NCBI RefSeq assembly: GCF_000025945.1
Contig: NC_006138.1
Coordinates: 3,300,001-3,332,000 of the forward strand
DNA: 32,000 bases
From: Desulfotalea psychrophila LSv54
Lineage (GTDB): Bacteria > Desulfobacterota > Desulfobulbia > Desulfobulbales > Desulfocapsaceae
Direction: 5' to 3'
A model generated the notes under the pieces. The model made no database searches and was not told the DNA's origin. It worked only from the letters and a program-made list of their open reading frames with translations. Positions 9,383 to 18,178 of the stretch are shown here, piece after piece. The stretch's first letter is position 1. The number at the start of each line of letters is the position of its first letter. The position numbers and the translations under genes are program-made.

Positions 9383-10825
9383 TTACACCTCTCGCTTTTT
9401 TTTTGACTGTGCATCAGAGCAACTCTCTATTCGCCCGTAAAGATCCTCAAAACGAACAATATCATCCTCTCCAAGATAAGGACCTGACTGCACCTCTATG
9501 AGTTCCAAATCCACCTTACCGGGATTTTCAAGGGCATGAAGCACACCCACTGGAATAAATGTCGATTCATTTTCTGTTACCAAAAAAACATCCTCTCCCT
9601 TGGTTACCCGGGCAGTCCCCGAGACCACAATCCAGTGTTCAGCCCGATGATGATGCATCTGCACGCTTAACTTGGCATCCGGTTTAACACTGATTCGCTT
9701 TACCTGATAGCGCCCGCCGGCATCAATGGAATCGTACTTACCCCAAGGACGATAAACCTCCCTGTGGAGACGAGCTTCACTCCGCCCCTCGTCCTTGAGC
9801 CGTTGCACAATCTGTTTTACCTCTTGGACTCGATCCTTAGTTGCCACCAGCAGGGCATCCTTGGTATCAACCACCACCACGTTATCAAGACCAATGGTGG
9901 CAATGAGACGATCCCCGCCATGGACAAGTGAATTAGTAGTCTCCTGCAAGAACACATCACCTCGAACCCTGTTTCCCTGGGCATCCTTGTCACCAACCTC
10001 CCAAAGGGCAGACCAAGAACCAATATCATTCCAACCTACATCCAGGGGAACAACCACGGCATCCTCGGTCTTCTCCATTACCGCATAATCTATCGATTCT
10101 TCAGGACAGGCCAAAAAATAGTCCTTGTCAACCCGAATAAAATCACCATCATGACAGGTTGAGACAAGGGAGGCCAAGCAGGCATCGGCGATATCCGCTC
10201 GATGCTTTCTCAGCTCTGCCAGATAGGTGCTGGCTCGAAAGAGAAACATACCGCTGTTCCAATAAAATTCACCACCTTCAAAGTACTGCTTGGCAACCGC
10301 AGCATCGGGCTTTTCGACAAATTCCTCAACCCTGAAGCCCACAGCTGCAGGCCCGCCACGACGAATATAGCCATATCCCGTATGGGCTGAGGTGGGGACA
10401 ATACCAAAGGTCACCAAACAACCCTCTTCAGCCAGAGGCAGGGCCTGTTGGATGGCCTGGACAAAACCTGCGCTATCTTCAATAACATGGTCTGCGGCCA
10501 GGACCAAAAGAAGGGGATCTTCACCTTTTTCAAGGGCAATGCTTGCAGCCAGAGCTACGGCGGGGGCCGTATTCCTTCCTGCGGGCTCAAGGATTATCTT
10601 ACCCAATTGGTCTAAAAAACGGAGCTGTTCGGCCACAATAAACCTATGCTCTTCGTTACAAACAGTTATCGGGGCTGTCACATCGAGACCGGCAAGGCGA
10701 TTAAGCGTTGCCTGCAACATTGTCTCCTCACCGACAAGTGGCAAAAACTGCTTGGGATAAAGGGCACGGGAGAGGGGCCAAAGTCGAGTCCCAGAGCCGC
10801 CTGCCATAATTACGGGAACAATCAT
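9383..10825 (-). CDS. manC: Mannose-1-phosphate guanylyltransferase / mannose-6-phosphate isomerase (bifunctional type II)
   Basis: 480-aa ORF with N-terminal [16 protein letters not shown] and a C-terminal cupin ([40 protein letters not shown]). Confidence 0.87.
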   Translation of the reverse strand: MIVPVIMAGGSGTRLWPLSRALYPKQFLPLVGEETMLQATLNRLAGLDVTAPITVCNEEHRFIVAEQLRFLDQLGKIILEPAGRNTAPAVALAASIALEKGEDPLLLVLAADHVIEDSAGFVQAIQQALPLAEEGCLVTFGIVPTSAHTGYGYIRRGGPAAVGFRVEEFVEKPDAAVAKQYFEGGEFYWNSGMFLFRASTYLAELRKHRADIADACLASLVSTCHDGDFIRVDKDYFLACPEESIDYAVMEKTEDAVVVPLDVGWNDIGSWSALWEVGDKDAQGNRVRGDVFLQETTNSLVHGGDRLIATIGLDNVVVVDTKDALLVATKDRVQEVKQIVQRLKDEGRSEARLHREVYRPWGKYDSIDAGGRYQVKRISVKPDAKLSVQMHHHRAEHWIVVSGTARVTKGEDVFLVTENESTFIPVGVLHALENPGKVDLELIEVQSGPYLGEDDIVRFEDLYGRIESCSDAQSKKKREV

Positions 10826-10863
10826 ATCTCATCCTTTTTATTATAAAACAGTCCGAGTTAAAC

Positions 10864-12423
10864 CTATAAAACAGGGTCTGTTTTTATCATTTTACCCGCG
10901 AAAAAAACAAGTATAATTACGGGAACGCCCATCAGGGCTGTTAATATAAAAAACTGTTCATAACCAATACTACCCACAATAGAACCGCTATATCCACCAA
11001 TAAACTTAGGAAGCAGGGTCATTATAGAAGAAAATATTGCATACTGCACCGCCGTAAAAGATATATTGGTGAGGCTGGAGAGAAAGGCAACAAAGGCGGT
11101 GGAGGCAATGCCGGCACAGAGATTGTCTGCGCCTATAACCAGAGCTAAAAGGCCAAGATTTTCGCCTGCACCAACGAGCAGGGCAAAAAAGATATTTGTT
11201 ATGGATGCTAAAACCGCCCCCAACATCAAGACCCTATACATACCAAAGCGCAGGGTCAGTACCCCCCCTAAAAAGCCCCCGACCAGAGTCATGGAAAGAC
11301 CGAATGTTTTGGTTATGCCGGCAATGGCATTCTTAGAAAAGCCCATATCCAGATAAAAGACATTTGAGATCACCCCGAGGACAATATCAGAAATACGATA
11401 ACAACCCACCAAAGCCAAAAGCAAGAGGGCTGTCCTCATACCAAAACGATCAAAAAATTCTCGTACTGGTCGCACATAACTTGCCTCCAGCATTCCTGTC
11501 GGGACAAGACCTGTCTTTGCCACCATTTTCCCCACCGCCAGGGCAACCAGCAGGGCTGAAAACAAATGAATTGCCTCAACAAAAAAAGATGCCCCCTGCT
11601 CACCTAAAATTGGCAAAAACAGACAGGACAGGCCAGAGAAGAGATGAGCACCGTAAAAAAAGCTGAGGGCAAAGGAGAGGGCCATAAGGGCAAAGAGAAA
11701 AAGAAACCTGCAGTAAGCCAGAGGACTATACTGATGCCTCGGGTGGGCGGCTCTGGTTGGCTCAGAGGTGCAGAGAGTGGTTACAACCCCCACCAGCATA
11801 ATGACCGCCATTATCAAATAGGTGAAACGCCAGGCTGAATAGTGATAGGCCCCTGCATCCGTCCCAAAATATGAGGCAATGAACAGGGAGCCGGCACCTG
11901 CTACCAACATCCCCACCCGGTAACCAGCAATATAGACCGAGGCCAACAGGGCCTGCTTCTCCTCCCCGGCAAGCTCTATCCGATAGGCATCAATGACAAT
12001 ATCCTGGGTAGCCGAGGAAAAGCCAAGAAAAACCGCAGCCAGGGCCATCAGGACAAGGTTTGTTCCTCCCAAAACCGGATCCAGAGAACTCATCCAAATA
12101 ATGGCAGCTATGATAGAGCATTGCGACAGGAGGAGCCAGGACCTCCTCTTTCCCAATTTTTTACTGAGAAAGGGAAGGGGCAGGAGATCGACCAGAGGAG
12201 CCCAGATAAATTTAAATGAATAGCCAAGGGCCGCCCAACTAAAAAATGTGACGGCAGAACGGCTCACCCCAGCCTCCCTAAGCCAGACGGAAAGGGTTGA
12301 AAATATCAGTAAAATTGGAATTCCTGCAGAAAAGCCAAGAAGTAACATCACCAGCACCTGAGGGGTCAGCCACTGCTTCAGGGCCTCGCTCCAGGGGAGA
12401 TTTTTATTCATATTACGGCTCAT
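10864..12423 (-). CDS. ampG: AmpG-family MFS muropeptide permease
   Basis: 519-aa polytopic protein. The N-terminus LGFSAGIPILLIFSTLSVWLREAGVS..FKFIWAPLVD is typical of AmpG. It lies 38 nt upstream of manC on the same strand. Confidence 0.78.
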   Translation of the reverse strand: MSRNMNKNLPWSEALKQWLTPQVLVMLLLGFSAGIPILLIFSTLSVWLREAGVSRSAVTFFSWAALGYSFKFIWAPLVDLLPLPFLSKKLGKRRSWLLLSQCSIIAAIIWMSSLDPVLGGTNLVLMALAAVFLGFSSATQDIVIDAYRIELAGEEKQALLASVYIAGYRVGMLVAGAGSLFIASYFGTDAGAYHYSAWRFTYLIMAVIMLVGVVTTLCTSEPTRAAHPRHQYSPLAYCRFLFLFALMALSFALSFFYGAHLFSGLSCLFLPILGEQGASFFVEAIHLFSALLVALAVGKMVAKTGLVPTGMLEASYVRPVREFFDRFGMRTALLLLALVGCYRISDIVLGVISNVFYLDMGFSKNAIAGITKTFGLSMTLVGGFLGGVLTLRFGMYRVLMLGAVLASITNIFFALLVGAGENLGLLALVIGADNLCAGIASTAFVAFLSSLTNISFTAVQYAIFSSIMTLLPKFIGGYSGSIVGSIGYEQFFILTALMGVPVIILVFFAGKMIKTDPVL

Positions 12424-12631
12424 TCTTGTCTTTTCTCCTCTAAAGGATTATTCTAGTTACTTGAACATTAATAGTTTTTCTGTTTTTTCTGCCTAAAGGG
12501 TCAACAATAAAGAACATAATCCTGGCAAAAATCTCAGAACTATATACAAGCAGAGTAGGTGATAGTACAGGTCACATACTACAATTTTTCCTTTAAAATA
12601 CAAGAAGAGCAAACACTCTACAAATTATACA

Positions 12632-14101
12632 ATGGATATCCGAGTATACAACACCTTAAGCGGTAAGAAAGAGCCCCTGCAACCCATTGAACCAAACCAC
12701 GTCAAACTCTATGTATGCGGCATTACCTCTTATGATTACTGCCATATAGGTCATGCCCGCTCAGCTCTGGCCTTTGACATGATCGTGCGCTATCTGCGCT
12801 ACTTGGATTACAAGGTAACCTTTGTCCGTAATTTCACAGACATTGACGATAAAATTATCGCCAGAGCAAACGAAACAGGGGTTACGGCCCAAGCACTGGC
12901 AGAACGCTTTATCGACGAGTTCCATACCGATATGGATAACCTCGGTACCCTTCGCCCTGATATTGAACCAAAGGCCACCGAGCATATTCAGGAGATGATT
13001 GACATTATCCAGGAACTGGTGGACAAGGATATGGCCTACCCATCGGCAGGTGATGTCTACTATGTGGTCAACTCCTTTCCAGAATATGGCAAGCTGTCGG
13101 GACGCAATATTGAGGACATGCAAGCAGGTGCCCGTATCTCCATCAATGAGCAGAAGAGAAACCCCATGGATTTCGCTCTTTGGAAGGCTTCAAAACCAGG
13201 CGAGCCCTCTTGGGAGAGCCCTTGGGGACCAGGTCGCCCTGGCTGGCACATAGAGTGTTCTGCCATGAGTCGCAAATATCTCGGTGAAAATTTCGATATC
13301 CACGGCGGTGGCAAGGATCTTATCTTCCCCCACCACGAAAATGAAATTGCCCAGAGTGAAGGTGCCAACGGCAAGCCATTTGCCAACACCTGGATTCATC
13401 ACGGTTTTGTCACCATTAAAGATGAGAAAATGTCCAAATCTCTGGGCAACTTCCTCACCATCAAGGATATCTTAGATCATTATCATCCAGAGATCCTCCG
13501 GGCCTTTATCTTCTCCACCCAATATCGTAACCCACTGGATTTTTCTGAGATTGCCATGCAGGATGCTGAGACAGCTCTGGTTCGCCTCTATGAATGTCTG
13601 CACGATATTCAGCAACTGGCCAAGGGCGATCCCACCCTGCCTGCCCTTATCTCAGCCAAAGATGCGGCCAAGCTGAACTCCATTGAGACGCGCTTCCAAG
13701 AAGCCATGAACAATGATTTCAACACCGCCCTAGCGCTTGGTGTCCTCTATGATGCAATCAAAATCATCAACCGGGCCCAAAGGGCATTAACCGACACCCC
13801 AAGCGCCCTGGACGTCAAGATGCTCAAGGGCAGCATGACCCTTATCCAGAAACTTGCCGGCATCGTCGGACTGCTCCAAGAAGATGCCAACCTCTTCCTC
13901 CAGCAGCGAAAAGAGAAGATGCTGAGCGGAATCGATATCACTGAAGCAGAGATAGAGAGCTATATCCAGCAACGTCTTGATGCCCGAGCAAATAAGGACT
14001 GGGCTCGAAGCGACGAAATCAGAGATATTCTCTTGGAAAAAGGTATCACCCTCAAGGATGGCGCCGACGGCACAGGTTGGTCCGTGCATCGCGCTAACTA
14101 A
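12632..14101 (+). CDS. cysS: Cysteine--tRNA ligase
   Basis: 489 aa, with the HIGH motif (CHIGHARS) and KMSKS (EKMSKSLGN). The N-terminus MDIRVYNTLSGKKEPL is canonical. Confidence 0.95.
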   Translation: MDIRVYNTLSGKKEPLQPIEPNHVKLYVCGITSYDYCHIGHARSALAFDMIVRYLRYLDYKVTFVRNFTDIDDKIIARANETGVTAQALAERFIDEFHTDMDNLGTLRPDIEPKATEHIQEMIDIIQELVDKDMAYPSAGDVYYVVNSFPEYGKLSGRNIEDMQAGARISINEQKRNPMDFALWKASKPGEPSWESPWGPGRPGWHIECSAMSRKYLGENFDIHGGGKDLIFPHHENEIAQSEGANGKPFANTWIHHGFVTIKDEKMSKSLGNFLTIKDILDHYHPEILRAFIFSTQYRNPLDFSEIAMQDAETALVRLYECLHDIQQLAKGDPTLPALISAKDAAKLNSIETRFQEAMNNDFNTALALGVLYDAIKIINRAQRALTDTPSALDVKMLKGSMTLIQKLAGIVGLLQEDANLFLQQRKEKMLSGIDITEAEIESYIQQRLDARANKDWARSDEIRDILLEKGITLKDGADGTGWSVHRAN

Positions 14102-14126
14102 ACAGCATCAAAAGGCGGGATTCCTC

Positions 14127-14155
14127 TTCTGATCTCTCCATTGGAGAGATCAGAA
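14127..14155 (+). terminator. Perfect 12-bp hairpin (TTCTGATCTCTC-cattg-GAGAGATCAGAA) 26 nt after the cysS stop, with no U-tract
   Basis: Read directly. Its function as a terminator is uncertain because no T-run follows. Confidence 0.3.
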
Positions 14156-14212
14156 TAGCATCACTACCAAGAATTTGGGATGGCCCGAAAGGTTATTCCT
14201 TACCAGAGGTGC

Positions 14213-14270
14213 CCTGCTACTTTTGACGAATTGGCCTTCTTCGGGTAGCAGGTTGCCTTTTACTCTTTAT
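14213..14270 (+). terminator. Compound stem-loop (CCTGCTAC..CGAA..TTCG..GTAGCAGG) followed by the T-rich TTGCCTTTTACTCTTT. Candidate cysS terminator or leader of the downstream ORF/mpl
   Basis: Read directly: 8-bp outer stem, 4-bp inner stem, T-rich tail. Confidence 0.4.
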
Positions 14271-14286
14271 AGCCAAGGTAGAAGAG

Positions 14287-14457
14287 ATGGCACCACCAGA
14301 AAACACAAAGGACACACCCGTTTCTGAAGAGTTGCTCCTTAAGATCTCTAAGGAAATTATCATAAAATTTATCGAGGTTGGTCGGGTTACCCCCGCCACC
14401 TTCGGCGAATCCTTTACCAACATTCATAACTCTATCAGAAAGAGTGCGCAGAGATAA
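14287..14457 (+). CDS. Hypothetical 56-aa protein (MAPPENTKDTPVSEELLLKISKEIIIKFIEVGRVTPATFGESFTNIHNSIRKSAQR)
   Basis: Too short for the ORF track. ATG is preceded by AAGGTAGAAGAG. Its TAA stop (14455-14457) abuts the mpl ATG (TAATATG). The sequence looks helical and non-repetitive. No homology check was possible. Confidence 0.3.
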   Translation: MAPPENTKDTPVSEELLLKISKEIIIKFIEVGRVTPATFGESFTNIHNSIRKSAQR

Positions 14458-14458
14458 T

Positions 14459-15895
14459 ATGGAACTCGATCCCCTCCTGAACAAGGTCCCTGAGAAAATA
14501 GAACATATCCATATACTTGGTATATGCGGAACAGGTATGGCTGCCCTAGCTGGCATGCTACAGAGCCTCGGATACCGGATAAGTGGTAGCGACCAACAGG
14601 TCTATCCGCCCATGTCTGATTTTCTGGTAGATCTTGGAGTTCATCTCCACCAACCCTACTCTGCAAAAAATCTTAGCCAGGAACCCGATCTTGTTATTAT
14701 TGGCAATGTCATTCGCCGTAGCAACGAAGAGGCCCTTGAAGTTGGCCGGAGGGGACTGCCTTACCTCTCCTTTCCCCAGGCCCTCGCTCATTTTTTCATC
14801 CGCTCCCGCAGTTCACTGGTGATCACCGGCACCCACGGCAAGACCACCACCTGCTCTCTGTTGGCCTCCGTACTCTACCACGCAAAACTTGACCCCACCT
14901 TTATGATTGGTGGAATTGTCCGTGAATTCAACAGTAATTTCAGACTGGGCAAGGGAAAATATTTCGTTGCAGAAGGTGATGAGTACGATACCGCCTTCTT
15001 TGATAAGGAATCTAAATTCCTTCACTACCGACCCCAGATTGCGGTGATCACCTCTCTGGAGTTTGATCACGCCGATATCTTTGCTGATCTTGAGCAGATA
15101 AAACGAGCCTTCGCCAAGTTCATCCAGCTCTTGCCTCCGGACGGGTTGCTTATTGCCAATCTGGACAATCCCGATATTGCCGAACTGGCCCAAGCCGCCC
15201 CCTGCCCGGTAGAAGGCTATGGCCTCAACAGCTCCTTCCCCTGGTCTCTGGGCAAGATAAGCAGCCAGAGCGGTTACACCCACTTTGAAGTGCTCAAAGA
15301 CGGCACACTCTGGGACAGCTTCACCGTCGCACTGCCCGGACAGCATAACTGTCTCAACAGCCTTGCCGTCTGTGCCATCATGCACCATCTTGGACTTGAT
15401 ACCAAAACCATCAACCAGGGACTGGTGGCCTTTGGGGGCGTGAAGAGAAGACAGGAGATACGGGGAATAGAAAACAATATCACTGTCATTGATGATTTTG
15501 CCCACCATCCAACAGCGGTCAGAGAAACACTGGCGGCCCTCAAAGCTGCCTACCCACAGAACCGCCTGGTGACTGTTTTTGAACCTCGTACCAACTCATC
15601 AAGAAGAACCATCTTTCAAAAACAGTACAGCGAATCCTTTGACAGCAGCAATATTGTCCTACTCCGCGAGCCCGTCCCCCTGGTGGACTACCCCGCAGAC
15701 CAGCTCTTCTCCTCGAAACAGCTGACCTGCGACCTAAAAAAACGCGGGCTCAAGGCGGCCTCTTTTGCCAATACCGACCAGATCCTCCTCCACCTTAAAA
15801 GTCTCCTCCAACCAGGAGATGTCGTTGCCATTCTTTCAAATGGTGGCTTTGACAACATCCATGTCAGATTATTGGAGAGCCTTAGAGAAAATTAG
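14459..15895 (+). CDS. mpl: UDP-N-acetylmuramate:L-alanyl-gamma-D-glutamyl-meso-diaminopimelate ligase (murein peptide ligase)
   Basis: Mur ligase family. HILGICGTGMAALAGMLQSLGYRISGSDQQVYPPMSDFL matches the Mpl N-terminus, and GTHGKTTT is the P-loop. I place the start at ATG 14459 (MELDPLL), 81 nt inside the track ORF. Confidence 0.85.
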   Translation: MELDPLLNKVPEKIEHIHILGICGTGMAALAGMLQSLGYRISGSDQQVYPPMSDFLVDLGVHLHQPYSAKNLSQEPDLVIIGNVIRRSNEEALEVGRRGLPYLSFPQALAHFFIRSRSSLVITGTHGKTTTCSLLASVLYHAKLDPTFMIGGIVREFNSNFRLGKGKYFVAEGDEYDTAFFDKESKFLHYRPQIAVITSLEFDHADIFADLEQIKRAFAKFIQLLPPDGLLIANLDNPDIAELAQAAPCPVEGYGLNSSFPWSLGKISSQSGYTHFEVLKDGTLWDSFTVALPGQHNCLNSLAVCAIMHHLGLDTKTINQGLVAFGGVKRRQEIRGIENNITVIDDFAHHPTAVRETLAALKAAYPQNRLVTVFEPRTNSSRRTIFQKQYSESFDSSNIVLLREPVPLVDYPADQLFSSKQLTCDLKKRGLKAASFANTDQILLHLKSLLQPGDVVAILSNGGFDNIHVRLLESLREN

Positions 15896-15898
15896 CCC

Positions 15899-16231
15899 CT
15901 ATTGCTGCAGAGGTCGAAGGATCTCTGCAAGCTTCCCTGAAACACCTGAAAAATCAAAGGAGACACTTTCCTGCTTTGCGGCCTGCTCAATGGTCAGGGC
16001 ACAGTCACCGGCCCCCTGCAAGCCGAGATTAAGCAGAGCACCTTTAATTTTATGGGCTGCCCGGGCGATATCTGCCATGACCGCCGAGGCGATCGCAGTA
16101 TCAAGCTCCTGCTGATTCTGAATCATGGCGGTGCAAAAACGAGGAATCAAGGCATCTATCTGCGCCTCCTCTAAACCAAATTGCTCCAGCAAGTGTTTCT
16201 TTATACAGGTACGACTCACCTCTTCACACAT
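15899..16231 (-). CDS. Single-domain histidine phosphotransfer (Hpt) protein
   Basis: HKIKGALLNLG phosphoacceptor motif. The start is placed at ATG 16231 (MCEEVSRT), with AAAGGAG upstream. It converges on mpl with 3 nt between the stops. Confidence 0.7.
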   Translation of the reverse strand: MCEEVSRTCIKKHLLEQFGLEEAQIDALIPRFCTAMIQNQQELDTAIASAVMADIARAAHKIKGALLNLGLQGAGDCALTIEQAAKQESVSFDFSGVSGKLAEILRPLQQ

Positions 16232-16288
16232 AGTGTCTCCTTTTAAAATATAGTATATATCGCCTATCCACCACATACAGTACCAAAA

Positions 16289-17704
16289 ATGTTAGAAAAG
16301 ACAATTTATTATAAGATGATAACCCTGAAAGTCAAAAATATTATTAAAGAGAAACTTCCGCTAAAGTCAGGGGATAAAATCATTGTTGGCGTTTCGGGTG
16401 GGGCAGACTCCATCGCCCTCCTTCATATCCTGACAGAGCTGAATCTCGATCTGCAACTTATCGCCATCTACATTGACCATGGACTACGCCCCGACGAAAT
16501 TCCACAGGAAATATCCTTTGTCAAAGGGCAGGCAGGGGCCGTCGGCGCAGAATTTGAATCCATCAGCGTTGACGTATTGGCCCTGAAAAACTGTGACAAG
16601 CTCTCCACGGAAGACGCCGCCCGCAGGCTCCGCTATCAGGCATTTGCAGAGGCCCGAGAGCGCTACGGGGCCAAGTATATCATGGTGGCCCATAACGCAG
16701 ATGACCAAGTAGAGGAGTTTTTCATCAGACTCCTACGTGGTTCAGGTCGCAGGGGGCTTTCGGGAATGCCCTACCAGAACGGCCTCCTCCTCCGCCCTCT
16801 GCTCTCCCTTACCAAGGCCGATCTCCTCCTCTATCTGCAGGAAAGAGGTATTGACCACTGCGAAGACTCCTCCAACAGAGAGCCCTGCTACCTGCGCAAT
16901 CGCATCCGACTCGACCTCCTGCCAAGGCTTGAAGAGTACAACCCATCCCTCCGCAGAACTATTTTAAATACCAGTTCCATCCTGGAGTCGGAGGAAGATT
17001 TCCTGGAGAAAAGCGCCCGCGAACTATTTAACAGATCCACTCGAATCAACAGGGAAGGGAAATTGCCCAAGACAGAGCTTGATTGTCGTAGTTTTTCCGG
17101 GGGACACCAGGCACTGCAGAGACGAGTCATAGAGCTTATCTGTTGGCAGATGGACGCTCAACCCAGTTTTACCCATATTGAAAATATTTGCCGATTGGCA
17201 ACAGAGGGAACCTCAGCAAAGACATTACAACTCGGTAGTGGTTTACGGGTGAAAAAAGAGATAAGCCAAGTGGTCTTCCACTACCCACTGGGCAGAATTG
17301 CCACCCGCCAAGGCGAAAGAGAGATACGACTAGAGCGTAGAATCGACGGCGAGGGTATCTTTGCCATCCCTGAACTCAATCGGCAACTGACCATCTCCAC
17401 AGGCGAAGGGGCGGGAGAAGGTCGGCTCTTGGTGGACAGGGAAAAGATCAATTTTCCCCTCCTCCTCCGCTTCCACAGAGCAGGGGAAAAATTCCATCCT
17501 CTGGGTGCACCAGGCAGGAAGAAGGTTAGTCGCTTCCTCACCGACAAAAAAGTACACGGTGAGGACAAGCAACTCTATCCGGTGCTCATTAACGGTGATG
17601 GTAACATCATTGCCATTGTTGGTCTGGCAATCGCTGCCCAATTCAAAAAAACGGAGACAAGCAAACAGCTCATCTCCATAGGCTGGCAGGAGACTACAAC
17701 TTAG
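16289..17704 (+). CDS. tilS: tRNA(Ile)-lysidine synthase
   Basis: PP-loop [14 protein letters not shown] and the typical TilS length and C-terminal domain. ATG 16316 is an equally plausible start, and neither has a clear SD. Confidence 0.9.
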
Positions 17705-17747
17705 AAGCGGAGCGTAGCGAAGTGGCGAAAAACGAAAAGCAGTTAAC

Positions 17748-17781
17748 CACAGAGATCACAGAGATCACAGAGATCACAGAG
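17748..17781. repeat. Tandem repeat, 9-bp unit CACAGAGAT x ~3.8
   Basis: Read directly in the tilS/selB convergent spacer. Confidence 0.95.
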
Positions 17782-17897
17782 CAAATTAATTAAAAAGCAA
17801 AGAAACGACAGTACCAGATAATCAGCCTACAGTGAGAATTTCAAAAAACCATATTTAATAGCTGGGGGATGAGCGTAGTGGCGAGGCTCTTTTCTTT

Positions 17898-17987
17898 CGT
17901 CGTAAGCCATACCACCGTCGTATGATCAAGCCATACTACCGTCGTATGATCAAGCCATACTACCGTCGTATGATCAAGCCATACTAC
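17898..17987. repeat. Tandem repeat, 24-bp unit CGTCGTATGATCAAGCCATACTAC x 3 perfect copies, plus a leading 18-bp degenerate copy (CGTCGTAAGCCATACCAC)
   Basis: Read directly. Perfect copies are at 17916-17939, 17940-17963 and 17964-17987. Confidence 0.95.
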
Positions 17988-18038
17988 TGGTTCGCATTTG
18001 AGTAAAAGAGATACATATATCAGTTTTTGGATAATACA

Positions 18039-18065
18039 CGGGTAAAGCTGAAACGACTTTACCCG
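18039..18065 (-). terminator. Perfect 9-bp hairpin (CGGGTAAAG-n9-CTTTACCCG) 114 nt downstream of the selB stop
   Basis: Read directly. The tail on the minus strand is only weakly U-rich (UGUAUUAU). Confidence 0.3.
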
Positions 18066-18178
18066 AAAATTTAAATGCTGTGCTAGAGCTTAGAGGCAGA
18101 ATGGCGAAAAATAATCAGGCTGAAAAAGCGCTAACTGTTTTTCACTTTTAGCTGACAGCTTTTAACTGACAGCTGCAG

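Noticed and set aside
17748-17987. CRISPR array.
   Set aside because: The repeats are directly abutting tandem copies with no unique spacers, the units are 9 and 24 bp, and there are no cas genes in the window.
17862-18005. Peptide-coding reading of the 24-mer array, (RRMIKPYY)x3-WFAFE on the plus strand and (VVWLDHTT)xn on the minus strand.
   Set aside because: The plus frame has no start upstream of the array other than internal ATGs without an SD. The minus frame has no ATG, GTG or TTG between the upstream stop and the array.
17898-18040. Iteron-type replication origin: direct repeats next to an AT-rich stretch and a DnaA-box-like TTTGGATAA at 18026-18034.
   Set aside because: There is only one 8/9 DnaA-like box, and the 24-bp period is off helical phasing for classical 19-22-bp iterons. 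No rep, par or dnaA genes are nearby, and the flanking genes are core housekeeping.
17705-18178. Looked for selC (tRNA-Sec) or another tRNA or ncRNA next to selB.
   Set aside because: I found no TCA-anticodon loop context, no GTTCGAATC-type T-loop with matching acceptor stems, and no cloverleaf. This was an eye scan only, so tRNAscan-SE or Infernal should confirm it.
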